Assembly (NCBI GenBank): GCA_955652655.1 | Contig: CATPCK010000675.1 | Span: 1 to 33,565, forward strand | Source of the DNA: an uncultured Ktedonobacteraceae bacterium | GTDB taxonomy: Bacteria > Chloroflexota > Ktedonobacteria > Ktedonobacterales > Ktedonobacteraceae | Length of the DNA stretch: 33,565 bases | Direction: 5' to 3' | Part shown: positions 1 to 9,228 of the stretch, piece after piece | Position numbering within the stretch: the first letter of the stretch is position 1 | Layout of the letters: every line of letters begins with the position of its first letter | Program-made: the position numbers and the translations under genes | The notes under the pieces: generated by a model | What the model saw: only the letters and a program-made list of their open reading frames with translations | The model's database searches: none | What the model was told of the DNA's origin: nothing

Positions 1-104
1 CCATCACCGAAGAGAATCAGCACCATTGTGCCGAAGAATTCTCCAATCATTTCACCTAAAGTGCCCGAGAGTGCAGAAGGTCTGTCTACAGCTTGACTTG
101 CCAT
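1..104 (-). CDS. glpF: Glycerol uptake facilitator / aquaglyceroporin (MIP family). Only the N-terminal 34 codons are present; the gene runs off the window start.
   Basis: The reverse complement of 1..104 reads MASQAVDRPSALSGTLGEMIGEFFGTMVLILFGDG, with the ATG at 102..104. The GEFxGTxxLxxFG pattern is typical of MIP-family TM1. It lies directly downstream of glpK on the same strand. It is too short to appear in the ORF track. Confidence 0.7.
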   Translation of the reverse strand, partial: MASQAVDRPSALSGTLGEMIGEFFGTMVLILFGD

Positions 105-292
105 GGATGCTCACTCCATTTCTGTAGTTGAAGGAACGGCGGCGAACACACCTGGTTGCCGCTCCAAATACGCCTATAAAGGGTATGCACTACAATTGTG
201 TATGTAGGAGTGCAAAGCTCACTGCCCCCTTGTTCTTCCCTTCCTTCGTTTCGAGAGCAATGATGTTGATTGCACTCCCACACCGATCAGTA

Positions 293-1786
293 TTACGCCT
301 GTTCCCAGTGCATTGAACGCTCGACGGCTCGCTTCCAATCAGCATAAAGCTTTTCTCGTTGATCGGCGCTCATTTTAGGCTCAAAGGTGCGATCAATGGC
401 CCAATGCTCAGCTACTTCTTCCTGGCTGCTCCAAAAGCCAGTTGCCAGGCCAGCAAGGTAGGCAGCTCCCAGGGCGGTCGTCTCAGCAACCTTTGGCCGC
501 TGCACCGGCACTCCCAGAATATCAGCCTGGGCTTGCATGAGCAAGTTATTGACTACTGCTCCACCATCGACGCGCAGAGTCGTCATATGAACGCCACTAT
601 CAGCAGTCATCGCCTCCTGCACATCGCGGGTCTGATAGCACATAGATTCAAGGGTAGCACGAGCAATATTGCCAGCAGTTGAACCTCGCGTCAGACCAAC
701 GATGGTGCCGCGAGCATAGGAATCCCAGTAGGGAGCGCCCAGGCCGACAAAGGCAGGTACGAAGTAGACGCCGCCGTTATCAGGAACCGAACTTGCCAAT
801 GTCTCAACTTCATTACTGTTTTTGATGACACCGAGGCTGTCACGCAACCACTGGACTGCCGCGCCAGTGATGAAGATACTGCCTTCCAGGCAATAGATGG
901 TTTGTCCACCTATACCCCAGCCGATGGTAGTAAGGAGACCATTTTGCGAGGGAACACCTCTGGTACCCGTGTTTATGAGCATAAAATTGCCCGTGCCGAA
1001 AGTGTTCTTAGACATACCTACTTCATAACATGCCTGTCCAAAAGTAGCAGCCTGCTGATCTCCCGCATCGCCTGCCATTTTAATGGCCCCGCCGAAAAAC
1101 TCGGGGTCAGTTTCTCCAAAGACACCGCTGGAAGGCATCACAGTCGGCAGCATAGATCGAGGCACACCTAATTCATTCAGGATAACGTCGTCCCATTTGC
1201 CTTCATAGATGTTGTACATGAGGGTGCGCGAGGCATTGGAGGGATCCGTTGCATGGACACGCCCTTTAGAGAGACGCCACATTAAAAAGGTGTCTACATT
1301 TCCGAAGAGCAATTCACCGCGATCTGCCTTCCCTCGTGCCCCAGAAACGTTGTCGAGGATCCACTTGACCTTGGTCCCTGAGAAATAGGCATCTGTCACC
1401 AGGCCAGTACGATTACGAATCTCCTTGTCGAATCCTTTTGCCTTCAAAGCATCGCAAATAGGAACTGTTAGACGACTCTGCCAGACAATGGCGTTGAATA
1501 CTGGTTTCCCCGTGGCTTTTTCCCAGACTATCGCCGTTTCACGTTGATTCGTGATGCCTATGGCAGCAATATCGGAGACCGAGGCTCCAGCTTTTTTCAT
1601 GGCCTCCTGAGCCACTGTGAGTTGGCTCGACCAGATCGCTTCTGGATCATGTTCGACCAACCCTGGAGATGGATAAATTTGTGGAAACTCTTGCTGTGCT
1701 GAACTCACAATCGCGCCATTATGATCGAAGACGATCGCGCGCGAACTGGTAGTGCCCTGATCAAGGGCAAGCACGTACTTCGCCAT
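293..1786 (-). CDS. glpK: Glycerol kinase
   Basis: [22 protein letters not shown]..., [14 protein letters not shown] and VDGGA are FGGY sugar-kinase / GlpK hallmarks. I place the start at the ATG at 1784..1786, preceded by AAGAAGG. The track ORF extends to 2020, but that extension overlaps glpP and has no homology. Confidence 0.95.
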   Translation of the reverse strand: MAKYVLALDQGTTSSRAIVFDHNGAIVSSAQQEFPQIYPSPGLVEHDPEAIWSSQLTVAQEAMKKAGASVSDIAAIGITNQRETAIVWEKATGKPVFNAIVWQSRLTVPICDALKAKGFDKEIRNRTGLVTDAYFSGTKVKWILDNVSGARGKADRGELLFGNVDTFLMWRLSKGRVHATDPSNASRTLMYNIYEGKWDDVILNELGVPRSMLPTVMPSSGVFGETDPEFFGGAIKMAGDAGDQQAATFGQACYEVGMSKNTFGTGNFMLINTGTRGVPSQNGLLTTIGWGIGGQTIYCLEGSIFITGAAVQWLRDSLGVIKNSNEVETLASSVPDNGGVYFVPAFVGLGAPYWDSYARGTIVGLTRGSTAGNIARATLESMCYQTRDVQEAMTADSGVHMTTLRVDGGAVVNNLLMQAQADILGVPVQRPKVAETTALGAAYLAGLATGFWSSQEEVAEHWAIDRTFEPKMSADQREKLYADWKRAVERSMHWEQA

Positions 1787-1988
1787 GGTTAACCTTCTTT
1801 CTTTTGGGTACAATTCTCTGCGCCCATACAAAACGACAACGTATCGATTTGGCGTAGGCATCCATGCCTGGCTGGCAACGAAACAAAGAAAAATATCTCT
1901 ACACAGACATCGCTGGCTGTGAAAGGAGAAACAACACAGAAGGCTATTTGCTAGTAATCTTCTTCCACCTGCATACGCGCGTAACCTG

Positions 1989-2570
1989 TCATAACCAGAG
2001 TTCAGGCCGGCTAACTGCAACGCCTATCGCACCGGACTGCAGCACCGACTGTACCTGTTTAGGCGTATGGATCAGGCCAGAGGCAATAAAAGGTAATGGG
2101 AACAGTTCTTTATTTTGTGCAGTAATATAAGGAGTAACTAAACCGGGAGAAATATTGAGCGCATCGACGTAGTGGGTATCCACCGATTCTAAGGCCATCT
2201 CCAACCCTGTCGAGTCCACCGTAAAGATGCGCTGAATGGTCTCTAATCCGAAATCTCTGCCCAGTGACAGGATGCGAGGATGGTTAGAAATAATGCCGCT
2301 CACTTGCAAATATTCAGCGAGATAGCGCAAGCCGGCAGCATCAGCATGAATGCCATCAATATGATCAATATTGACATACACCGAGAGCGAGCGCTCATGG
2401 GCCTCGCTAAGCAATGTCGTGAAATCGAGTAGATTACAGTGTCTTAATAAGACGGAGTTGACATGTTTGGAGTCAAAAACCTGTGTGAATTGCACACGGC
2501 TTTCTACAATAGGTATGATCTTGCACTGCGACGTAATACTGAGCAGTGACCTCCTGGACTGGATAATCAT
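1989..2570 (-). CDS. glpP: GlpP-family glycerol-3-phosphate-responsive antiterminator (paralogue 1)
   Basis: 193 aa, the same size as Bacillus GlpP. Family-like blocks: IIPIV near the N-terminus, NIDHIDGI...D..G, GIIS, ETIQRIF.VDS..LE, ISPGL, FIASGLI, and AVGVAVS...LW at the C-terminus. It sits immediately upstream of glpK-glpF. Confidence 0.85.
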   Translation of the reverse strand: MIIQSRRSLLSITSQCKIIPIVESRVQFTQVFDSKHVNSVLLRHCNLLDFTTLLSEAHERSLSVYVNIDHIDGIHADAAGLRYLAEYLQVSGIISNHPRILSLGRDFGLETIQRIFTVDSTGLEMALESVDTHYVDALNISPGLVTPYITAQNKELFPLPFIASGLIHTPKQVQSVLQSGAIGVAVSRPELWL

Positions 2571-2901
2571 GCTGCACCTCTGGCTCTAGGAGTAAAAAAA
2601 CAACAAAGCCCTAAGCCTTATTAACAGGTCGGCTCAGGACTTATCATTTCACTGTCCTTAAACGCCTATGCAGTTGTCCATACAGGTCTCTGGTAACTTT
2701 GCAGTGCTTTCCTCTCTCACAGGATACATAGTTCACGAGTCACACTGTAGATGTCTTACCAGGTACCGCAGCCGCTAACTATACATTAGTGTTGAGTTAG
2801 CATATAATGATAATACTCGACTGAATGGCTACTTGTCAAGTACCGTCAGCTTAGTTAGCGTTACCCAGGTGGCATGGAGCTTATCCTCCCAGTGGAAGAA
2901 A

Positions 2902-3483
2902 ATGATCAAACAAGAGTTTTTACGTTTAGCTCGCCAGTATCCAGTGGCAGCAGCAATAAAATCAGATGAAGATATGCAGGTTGCTTTAGAATCCGATGCG
3001 CTGCTGCTGTTTTTACTCAAAGGAGATGCCTTCCAGTTGGCCCCTTTCGTAACACATGCCCATCAACTCGGGAAAGGAGTCGTCGTACATATCGACCTGG
3101 TGAGCGGAGTAGGCAAAGATCGCGCTGGCATTCAATATCTACGCCAAATGGGAGTTGATGCGATCATAACAAGCCGCTCTCAGCTCGTTTCAGCCGCGAG
3201 AGCAGAGGGATTGACCACGATCCAACGCCTCCTTTTGTTGGACGATTCAGCCCTGGATACCGGCGTAAGATCGATTGCACGTGCCGCTCCTGATATCGTA
3301 GAGATTCTCCCTGGTATTATCTTTCCAGAGATAGCCCAAACGCTACAACGATTGTTGTCCGGCCCTTTTATTGCTGGTGGTTTTATTCGTACAGCTGCTG
3401 ACGTAGCACGAGTTCTGGCCTCCGGATGTATTCTGAGTAGTAGTAGCACATACTCACTTTGGCATCGCAGATCAAAAGAATAA
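2902..3483 (+). CDS. GlpP-family antiterminator-like protein (paralogue 2)
   Basis: PVAAAIKS, HIDLVSGVGKD..G, DAIITSR, TTIQRLLLLDDSALD, PDIVEILPGII, FIAGGFIRT and a C-terminal SLW match the G3P-antiterminator family layout. I place the start at the ATG at 2902 (193 aa). The track ORF begins at a TTG at 2833, so the start is uncertain. Confidence 0.8.
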   Translation: MIKQEFLRLARQYPVAAAIKSDEDMQVALESDALLLFLLKGDAFQLAPFVTHAHQLGKGVVVHIDLVSGVGKDRAGIQYLRQMGVDAIITSRSQLVSAARAEGLTTIQRLLLLDDSALDTGVRSIARAAPDIVEILPGIIFPEIAQTLQRLLSGPFIAGGFIRTAADVARVLASGCILSSSSTYSLWHRRSKE

Positions 3484-3497
3484 GGAGAAATACTCGC

Positions 3498-4124
3498 ATG
3501 CAAAACGTTCCAAATATACTTAGTTTAAGCCGTATTTTGGCAACTATCGTAATATTCGTGCTGGTGTTGATAAATACTCCCTGGGCGTTTCTTGTCGCAA
3601 CAATACTCTTTATCCTTGGCTCAGGAACGGATTTTCTTGATGGCTATTTAGCGCGGCGCTACAAGTTGGTTTCACCGTTAGGTGTTTTCTTAGACCTGAC
3701 CGCTGATAAAATTTTTGTCGCGGCCGTTCTGATTGCCCTGATCCAGGTTGGTCTTGTGCCTGCATGGATCGTAGCCGTTATTATAGCTCGTGAGTTTCTC
3801 GTGACCGGTTTGCGTTCAATGGCATCTGCAAAAGGGAAAGTGATCCCAGCAGGCAAATGGGGCAAACAGAAAACACTGATAACCATGGTCGCTATGAGTG
3901 CCTTATTGCTGGCAAAAGGCCTGGGGGCGCATCAACTCTCTCTCTTCCCACCGATGTTAAACTTTAACAGCGCGACTGTGAATTTCCCTGAAATCTTGCT
4001 GCTACTTGCCGATGCTGGCCTGGTTCTTGCGGCACTATGGACGGTGCTTTCGGGAGCGGAATATATGATTAGTGCCCTGCCCCTTTTCCAAAAGGAACGG
4101 GAGGCCAATCCGTTAAATGCGTAG
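3498..4124 (+). CDS. pgsA: CDP-diacylglycerol--glycerol-3-phosphate 3-phosphatidyltransferase
   Basis: NILSLSRI...GSGTDFLDGYLARRYKLVSPLGVFLDLTADK is the CDP-alcohol phosphatidyltransferase motif D(x)2DG(x)2AR...G(x)3D(x)3D. ATG at 3498 follows AAGGAG at 3482..3487, 15 nt after the stop of the upstream GlpP-like gene. Confidence 0.9.
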   Translation: MQNVPNILSLSRILATIVIFVLVLINTPWAFLVATILFILGSGTDFLDGYLARRYKLVSPLGVFLDLTADKIFVAAVLIALIQVGLVPAWIVAVIIAREFLVTGLRSMASAKGKVIPAGKWGKQKTLITMVAMSALLLAKGLGAHQLSLFPPMLNFNSATVNFPEILLLLADAGLVLAALWTVLSGAEYMISALPLFQKEREANPLNA

Positions 4125-4138
4125 CGATGATACAGCTA

Positions 4139-4852
4139 TTATGCCTGTATATTCGAAGAAGGGTTAGCGGGAGAAGAGGCAGGTTTCTCTTCGACCTGCA
4201 CCTTCTGTCCAATCTTCCGTTCAGTTCCTGAAAGCAAGCGACCAATGTTATCATAATGAAAAATAATCACCAATGCCGGGGCAATTACCAAAAAGAGTAA
4301 ATCCGGGAAAGTTACGTGTATAAAAAACGATGGGACGGCCAGGTCTACGAAGAAAAAGATCAGACCGGAGACAAGGGCAGCAAGGCTTCCAAGCACAGAA
4401 CCCAGAGAGACGTAGCGCGTGGTTGCGATAGTGACAAAAATAACAACCACAGAAATCAGGAAAATGAAGGGAGAAATAACTAGTAGCGCCCCTCCACCGG
4501 TGAGGACTCCACGACCGCCCTTGAAGCCAATAAAAATAGGGAAACAATGTCCCAGTAATGTTGCCACACCTGCTATGGCTGGTCCCCAACCACCAGCATT
4601 CAAGAATGGGACAAGCACAGCGAGTAACGTAGGTCCCACGCCTTTTGAAAGATCAAAAAGAAATACCACTGCCGCGGGTCCTCTGCCAAGCGTGCGTAGA
4701 ACATTCGTGGCACCTATTTTATGACTGCCATAGTCACGAATATCAAAATCTCGGCCACGGAGCAATTTCCCCATCCAATACCCGGCAGGAATTGAGCCCC
4801 ACAGGTAGGCGATGACCGCCACCAGGAAAAGCTGACCTAAAATAATAGGCAT
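4139..4852 (-). CDS. plsY: Acyl-phosphate:glycerol-3-phosphate acyltransferase
   Basis: GSIPAGYW...GSHKIGATNVLR, LFDLSKG and FKGGRGV are PlsY signatures in a multi-TM protein. ATG at 4850..4852 follows GAGGAGG. It carries a ~30-aa hydrophilic C-terminal tail. Confidence 0.9.
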   Translation of the reverse strand: MPIILGQLFLVAVIAYLWGSIPAGYWMGKLLRGRDFDIRDYGSHKIGATNVLRTLGRGPAAVVFLFDLSKGVGPTLLAVLVPFLNAGGWGPAIAGVATLLGHCFPIFIGFKGGRGVLTGGGALLVISPFIFLISVVVIFVTIATTRYVSLGSVLGSLAALVSGLIFFFVDLAVPSFFIHVTFPDLLFLVIAPALVIIFHYDNIGRLLSGTERKIGQKVQVEEKPASSPANPSSNIQA

Positions 4853-4949
4853 GATAGCCTCCTCATATGTTGAAGCTTTGTTATGGTAAAACCGCTTTCC
4901 CACCTATTATAGTTAGATTTCAACCAAAAAGCTAGCACGAAAGGAGTAT

Positions 4950-5819
4950 TCACAAGAGCCAGTTTGTGCCACCACGCCAGATGATGTTGTCAATAAAATG
5001 TACTTTTCCAATGTGCGCGGCAATCATGAACATTGTTCCAGGTAGTATTGTATCCACAGCGCTCAAGGTATCTGAGTGACAAACTTTCACGTAATCCAGG
5101 TTTACCACAGGTTCAGTTACCACCAGGTCTATCATCGCTTTCTCAATTTCAGCGGGATTGCGCACATTCCCGTCAACAAGCGCCTTTCCTGCAAGCAGCG
5201 CACGATAAAGAACTCTCGCTGCCCGACGTTCAAGTTGCGTCAAAAAGTGGTTACGACTTCCCAGAGCCAGTCCGTCGCTCTCACGAACCGTTGGCAAAAT
5301 ACGGAGGCCCACATCTATGTTCAAATCACGGACAACCTGACGAACAATAGCTATCTGTTGGGCGTTTTTCTGTCCAAAGTAGGCTACGTCAGGTCGCACA
5401 AGTTGAAAGAGCTTGGTAATGATCGTGGCGACCCCACGAGCATATATCCAACTACCAGCACCTTTCGCTGACTGTACTGCCCATGGAGAGCTCGTGGGCA
5501 TCACAAAGGTAGAAAATCCAGCGGGATATATCTCCTCGGCACGCGGGACGAAGACAACATCGACGCTCGTGGTACTTAACAGTTGCAGGTCCCTTGACAG
5601 GTCGCGCGGATAGCGTATAAGGTCCTCGCTCTCTTCAAACTGTACAGGATTCACAAAAATACTGGCAACGCTGATTTCACATTCTTGATGCGCTGCTTGC
5701 ACAAGCGTTTTATGTCCTTGATGAAGAAATCCCATGGTAGGAACAAAACCGACCGATCCTCCTGCAAGCCACCCACGGGCTGTTTCAGTCATCTCGTCCA
5801 GGTTATGAATGATACGCAT
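4950..5819 (-). CDS. panC: Pantoate--beta-alanine ligase
   Basis: VGFVPTMGFLHQGHKTLV (HIGH-like motif), SIFVNPVQF and YFGQKNAQQ are typical PanC blocks. 289 aa. Confidence 0.93.
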   Translation of the reverse strand: MRIIHNLDEMTETARGWLAGGSVGFVPTMGFLHQGHKTLVQAAHQECEISVASIFVNPVQFEESEDLIRYPRDLSRDLQLLSTTSVDVVFVPRAEEIYPAGFSTFVMPTSSPWAVQSAKGAGSWIYARGVATIITKLFQLVRPDVAYFGQKNAQQIAIVRQVVRDLNIDVGLRILPTVRESDGLALGSRNHFLTQLERRAARVLYRALLAGKALVDGNVRNPAEIEKAMIDLVVTEPVVNLDYVKVCHSDTLSAVDTILPGTMFMIAAHIGKVHFIDNIIWRGGTNWLL

Positions 5820-6033
5820 ATTGCTCCAGGTAATACTGTTCTCGTCTATCTATAGATAAGGAAGAGAGTTTTCGAGGCCGCTGTTTCCGAGGTAGCCGGA
5901 AGCAGATTGCTTTACTTATCCCATTTCCAGGCACGTATACGATAAGACCCTAGTTTTGGTGTACCGTGTTTGCATAACGTATGGCATCCTCTTCAGTAAC
6001 CATGTTATACTACAACAGACGAGGAGGAAGAAA

Positions 6034-7302
6034 ATGCGTAAAATTGTACAGCGTCTGCGAAAGTTAGTCAAACTGATTGGCCTGGGTGCCATTGGCACAC
6101 TTATCGCCGCTTTCATTGTTTCATTACGCCACAGGATAGATACTCCCCAACCATTAGAAAGTATCCTTCCAGGAGAGGCCCACATTTATCGCTCACAGCA
6201 GGGTCATATATTTTATAAAACGCTTGGAGATGATAACGCGCCGCCATTAGTGCTTCTTCATGCCCCCGCGATTGGTGCATCAGCTTATGAGATGCGCAAA
6301 ATAATCGGAGCGTTAGCACAACAGTACCATGTGTATGCTCCTGATCTTCTTGGTTTTGGTTTATCAGATCACCCGAATATTGACTACTCGGCCGGAATAT
6401 ATATTGACTTCTGTCATGAATTTCTAACGAAGGTGGTACAACGACCGGCAACCATTCTCGCCTGCGGCTTAAGCTGCAACTATGCCGTGATCACAGCTAA
6501 ACGCTTTCCAGAGATCTGCGAGCAGTTGATCCTGATCTCACCATTGGCATTGTTTGCCGGTGAACAGGTTCGACAGCGATTACTGGCAGCGCTGTTAGCA
6601 TTGCCGATAGTAAGTTTTTTTCTTTACCCAATCATGGCAACGCGCCTGGTACTACGCTTTGCCTTATCCCGTAACGTGACTCCATCACAAGGCCAGGTTG
6701 TGGGAGCTGATGTTGACTATCTTTATGCCACCACACATCAATTTGGTGCTGAGCATGCCCCCATGGCACTGCTCACTGAGAAGCTATCAGTGGATGCCTC
6801 GCATGAGTTTGATACATTGGACCAACCCATGTTAGTTATCTGGGGAGCCAGGGCATTGCATAACGCCCGGTCTATCGCAGGCAAACATTCTCTACCTGAA
6901 CACGCGGAAATAGCCCTTATTCAGGACGCAGGCAAGTCTGTACATGAGGAATTTCCAGCAATGATCGTGGAAAATATACGCGAATGGAGTGAAGTAGGGA
7001 AGATCAAAGAGGAGAAAACAGCGCCTGATAGCACCGGTGTAGTTGCCAAAAAACCTATGACGGCAACACAAGAGGATGTGGCGGTTAAGAAAAGCGAAGT
7101 TGCAGCCCAATCCCAGCAGCTCAATACAGGTAAAACGCAGCTTTCTGCGGAAGTTGTTGGCGTAGAGACCTACTGTGTCAAATGTAAAAAGAAGACTTTG
7201 ATGCAGAATGTTGAAGCAGTAACGACGAAGAACGGAGTGCCAGCCCTGAAGGGCACCTGTTCGATTTGCGGCACCAGGCAGTTTCGCATGGGTCGCATTT
7301 GA
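6034..7302 (+). CDS. Membrane-anchored alpha/beta-fold hydrolase with a C-terminal CxxC...CxxC zinc-ribbon domain (DUF5679-like)
   Basis: ATG at 6034 follows GAGGAGG at 6021..6027. Order of parts: N-terminal TM helix (LVKLIGLGAIGTLIAAFIVSL); alpha/beta hydrolase core (LVLLHAP...APDLLGFGLSD, nucleophile-elbow region ACGLSCN, late SVHEEFP histidine); a ~65-aa low-complexity linker; then ETYCVKCKKKTLMQNVEAVTTKNGVPALKGTCSICGTRQFRMGRI. Confidence 0.8.
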   Translation: MRKIVQRLRKLVKLIGLGAIGTLIAAFIVSLRHRIDTPQPLESILPGEAHIYRSQQGHIFYKTLGDDNAPPLVLLHAPAIGASAYEMRKIIGALAQQYHVYAPDLLGFGLSDHPNIDYSAGIYIDFCHEFLTKVVQRPATILACGLSCNYAVITAKRFPEICEQLILISPLALFAGEQVRQRLLAALLALPIVSFFLYPIMATRLVLRFALSRNVTPSQGQVVGADVDYLYATTHQFGAEHAPMALLTEKLSVDASHEFDTLDQPMLVIWGARALHNARSIAGKHSLPEHAEIALIQDAGKSVHEEFPAMIVENIREWSEVGKIKEEKTAPDSTGVVAKKPMTATQEDVAVKKSEVAAQSQQLNTGKTQLSAEVVGVETYCVKCKKKTLMQNVEAVTTKNGVPALKGTCSICGTRQFRMGRI

Positions 7303-7327
7303 ATACTTTTTTTGCGAGCTTTTTCAC

Positions 7328-7356
7328 TTGACGCGCGGCCCTTTGCACCGTATAAT
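7328..7356 (+). promoter_or_regulatory. Near-consensus sigma-70-type promoter upstream of greA
   Basis: TTGACG at 7328..7333, an exact 17-nt spacer, and TATAAT at 7351..7356. It lies in the intergenic region after the hydrolase stop, about 290 nt upstream of the greA ATG. Confidence 0.6.
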
Positions 7357-7647
7357 TCTTTGCATGCATATTGAGATCTGCGTCTCGCTTTCACCCGGCA
7401 CGCAGGTGTTTGTCGCCTCAATTAAGCCAGGCAGCAACCAATAACGTCATCTTCTGACTCGCAGAGTACTGTCAAGTGACCCATCCACTCTCCCATCTGA
7501 AGTGCAGAGTCGCTCATCAACGAGCGGGGAGAAGAGTTTTCTGCTGATAGTGCAGAGGATGCTGGGTATACATAGACAAAAACAGATTTCTATCTGAAAA
7601 AGGCCAGAGATAGATTGGATGCCTCAACAAGAGGGAGGAGTTTATTA

Positions 7648-8169
7648 ATGAGTATTGGTGGACAGAGTGACGCGAAATCAGAGCGGAAAATTTATCGCTT
7701 GACACCCGAGGGCTTTGCCAAAAAACAGGAACGGCTTGAATACTTGCGTACAGTCAAACGAAAAGAGGTTGCTGACTATATACATGACGCAAAAGAAGCC
7801 GGTGATATTAGCGAAAGCAGCGCCTACGAGGAGGCCAAGCACAACCAGGCCAAAGTTGAGGGTGAGATCAGCGAACTTGAGGCTATCCTCGCGCTCTCAG
7901 AGATTATGACACCCGATATGCATGACACTGAAAACGGCCCTCCAGTGGTTCGTATCGGTATGCAGGTGAATGTTGAGACCGATAATGGTACGACAAGAAA
8001 CTTCAAGATTGTAGAGACTTTCGAAGCTGACCCGAAAGCTAGCCTGATCTCCGATCAGTCCCCCGTTGGAAAAGCGCTGCTAGGGCACAAAGAAGGTGAC
8101 GAGGTGAGCGTATCTACTCCTGGTGGTGTCACTCACTATACTATCACTTCTATTAAGCCGATGTTTTAG
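7648..8169 (+). CDS. greA: Transcription elongation factor GreA
   Basis: LTPEGFAKKQERLEYL, GDISESSAYEEAK (the coiled-coil tip acidic residues), and the C-terminal ISDQSPVGKALLGHKEGDEV. ATG at 7648 follows GAGGGAGGAG. Confidence 0.93.
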   Translation: MSIGGQSDAKSERKIYRLTPEGFAKKQERLEYLRTVKRKEVADYIHDAKEAGDISESSAYEEAKHNQAKVEGEISELEAILALSEIMTPDMHDTENGPPVVRIGMQVNVETDNGTTRNFKIVETFEADPKASLISDQSPVGKALLGHKEGDEVSVSTPGGVTHYTITSIKPMF

Positions 8170-8183
8170 CACATGGTAAGCAT

Positions 8184-8233
8184 AAGAGGCAAAGATGAAG
8201 CACCACTCATGGGGTGCTTCATCTTTGCCTCTT
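8184..8233 (+). terminator. Long perfect hairpin immediately after greA (probable terminator)
   Basis: AAGAGGCAAAGATGAAGCACC at 8184..8204 pairs perfectly with GGTGCTTCATCTTTGCCTCTT at 8213..8233. That gives a 21-bp stem and an 8-nt loop, starting 15 nt after the greA stop. The trailing sequence is only moderately T-rich. Confidence 0.7.
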
Positions 8234-8369
8234 AACTATTGTGCTTGTGCTTCTTATTGACATTGCTCCCCTTTCATCAGTAATATAGGTGCACGCCGCT
8301 TGAGAAAAAATCATCAATCAGGTCCTTCCTGTAGTGTTTGTACAATCAACGGCGAGGAGCACATATAGC

Positions 8370-9116
8370 ATGTTGACTTACGAAGATGTAACGGGATGTT
8401 TCCTCAAGGCGGCAAAGAATACTGCTCTCATGACGCACCCCGAATATTGGATAAACTCACGCTCACTTGAACGCGAATTTGCCGCCACCTGCCATGCCGG
8501 AAGTTGTGAAGAAGCGGAACATCGCAGTACCTGTACCTTTTCATTTACATGGGGAGCACTGGACACCTCCCTCTCGCTCGATGGTCCAGCCGGTGTCTGT
8601 GACTTCTTCCATGAACCTGAAGATGATTGTCCACACCTGCATACGCGCGACATTCCGCCGCTAGTAGTTGACCTCTCGTACAGTTTAGTGTTGAACGGAG
8701 CTGGTGCATCGATCTCAGAAACGGCCCTCCTTTCGCTTGTTCAGTTGCTCAAGTTGCGCGCCAGCGAAAACAGTAGCCGCGCTAACGAGACACGCCCAGG
8801 CATCTCTATGACCTTGCACGAAAATCGTCTGCAGCCAGAGGTACTTACACTACAACAGCGGGTAGAGCTTCCTATCTGGCATCCCGATGGTATGCGGAGT
8901 CTTCACGACGACCATCATGCTCACACGGAGCGAGGAACACGGCACAGTAGTCGAGCAATAGATGAGGAAATCGAGGAAGACGAGGTAGTCGCCGATAATC
9001 CTCGTCCAGAAGACTGGCTACCACAGGTTATGGCCGATGTCTGCCAGGATATCTTGCAAGTGCTAGAAGCCCTTGACGCGGTGCGTTCCCACAGTTCGCT
9101 GAATATGGACGCATGA
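8370..9116 (+). CDS. Hypothetical protein, Cys/His-rich N-terminal half and acidic C-terminal half
   Basis: The ORF has GAGGAG at 8355..8360 upstream of the ATG at 8370. I recognise no family. Contains CHAGSCEEAEH, CTFSF and CDFFHEPEDDCPHLH. Confidence 0.6.
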   Translation: MLTYEDVTGCFLKAAKNTALMTHPEYWINSRSLEREFAATCHAGSCEEAEHRSTCTFSFTWGALDTSLSLDGPAGVCDFFHEPEDDCPHLHTRDIPPLVVDLSYSLVLNGAGASISETALLSLVQLLKLRASENSSRANETRPGISMTLHENRLQPEVLTLQQRVELPIWHPDGMRSLHDDHHAHTERGTRHSSRAIDEEIEEDEVVADNPRPEDWLPQVMADVCQDILQVLEALDAVRSHSSLNMDA

Positions 9117-9228
9117 GTACGACGGCACTTTTATTAGGAAATGCAACTCCCTACTCGACCATTCGTATGTATGGTGACTGAATTAGAGAACCTGACTACA
9201 TGTGCTGAGTTTGAAGGAGTTACCTGAC

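Noticed and set aside
1787-2020. N-terminal 78-codon extension of the glpK ORF in the track (start at 2020)
   Set aside because: The extension overlaps the 3' end of glpP and has no GlpK-like sequence. The canonical [14 protein letters not shown] start at 1786 has its own RBS.
5885-5905. CCGGAAGCAG-containing imperfect hairpin resembling part of the SRP RNA conserved core
   Set aside because: Only a short partial match is present, and the surrounding sequence lacks the rest of the 4.5S/SRP domain IV motif and helix. It is most likely a chance hairpin in the divergent panC/hydrolase promoter region.
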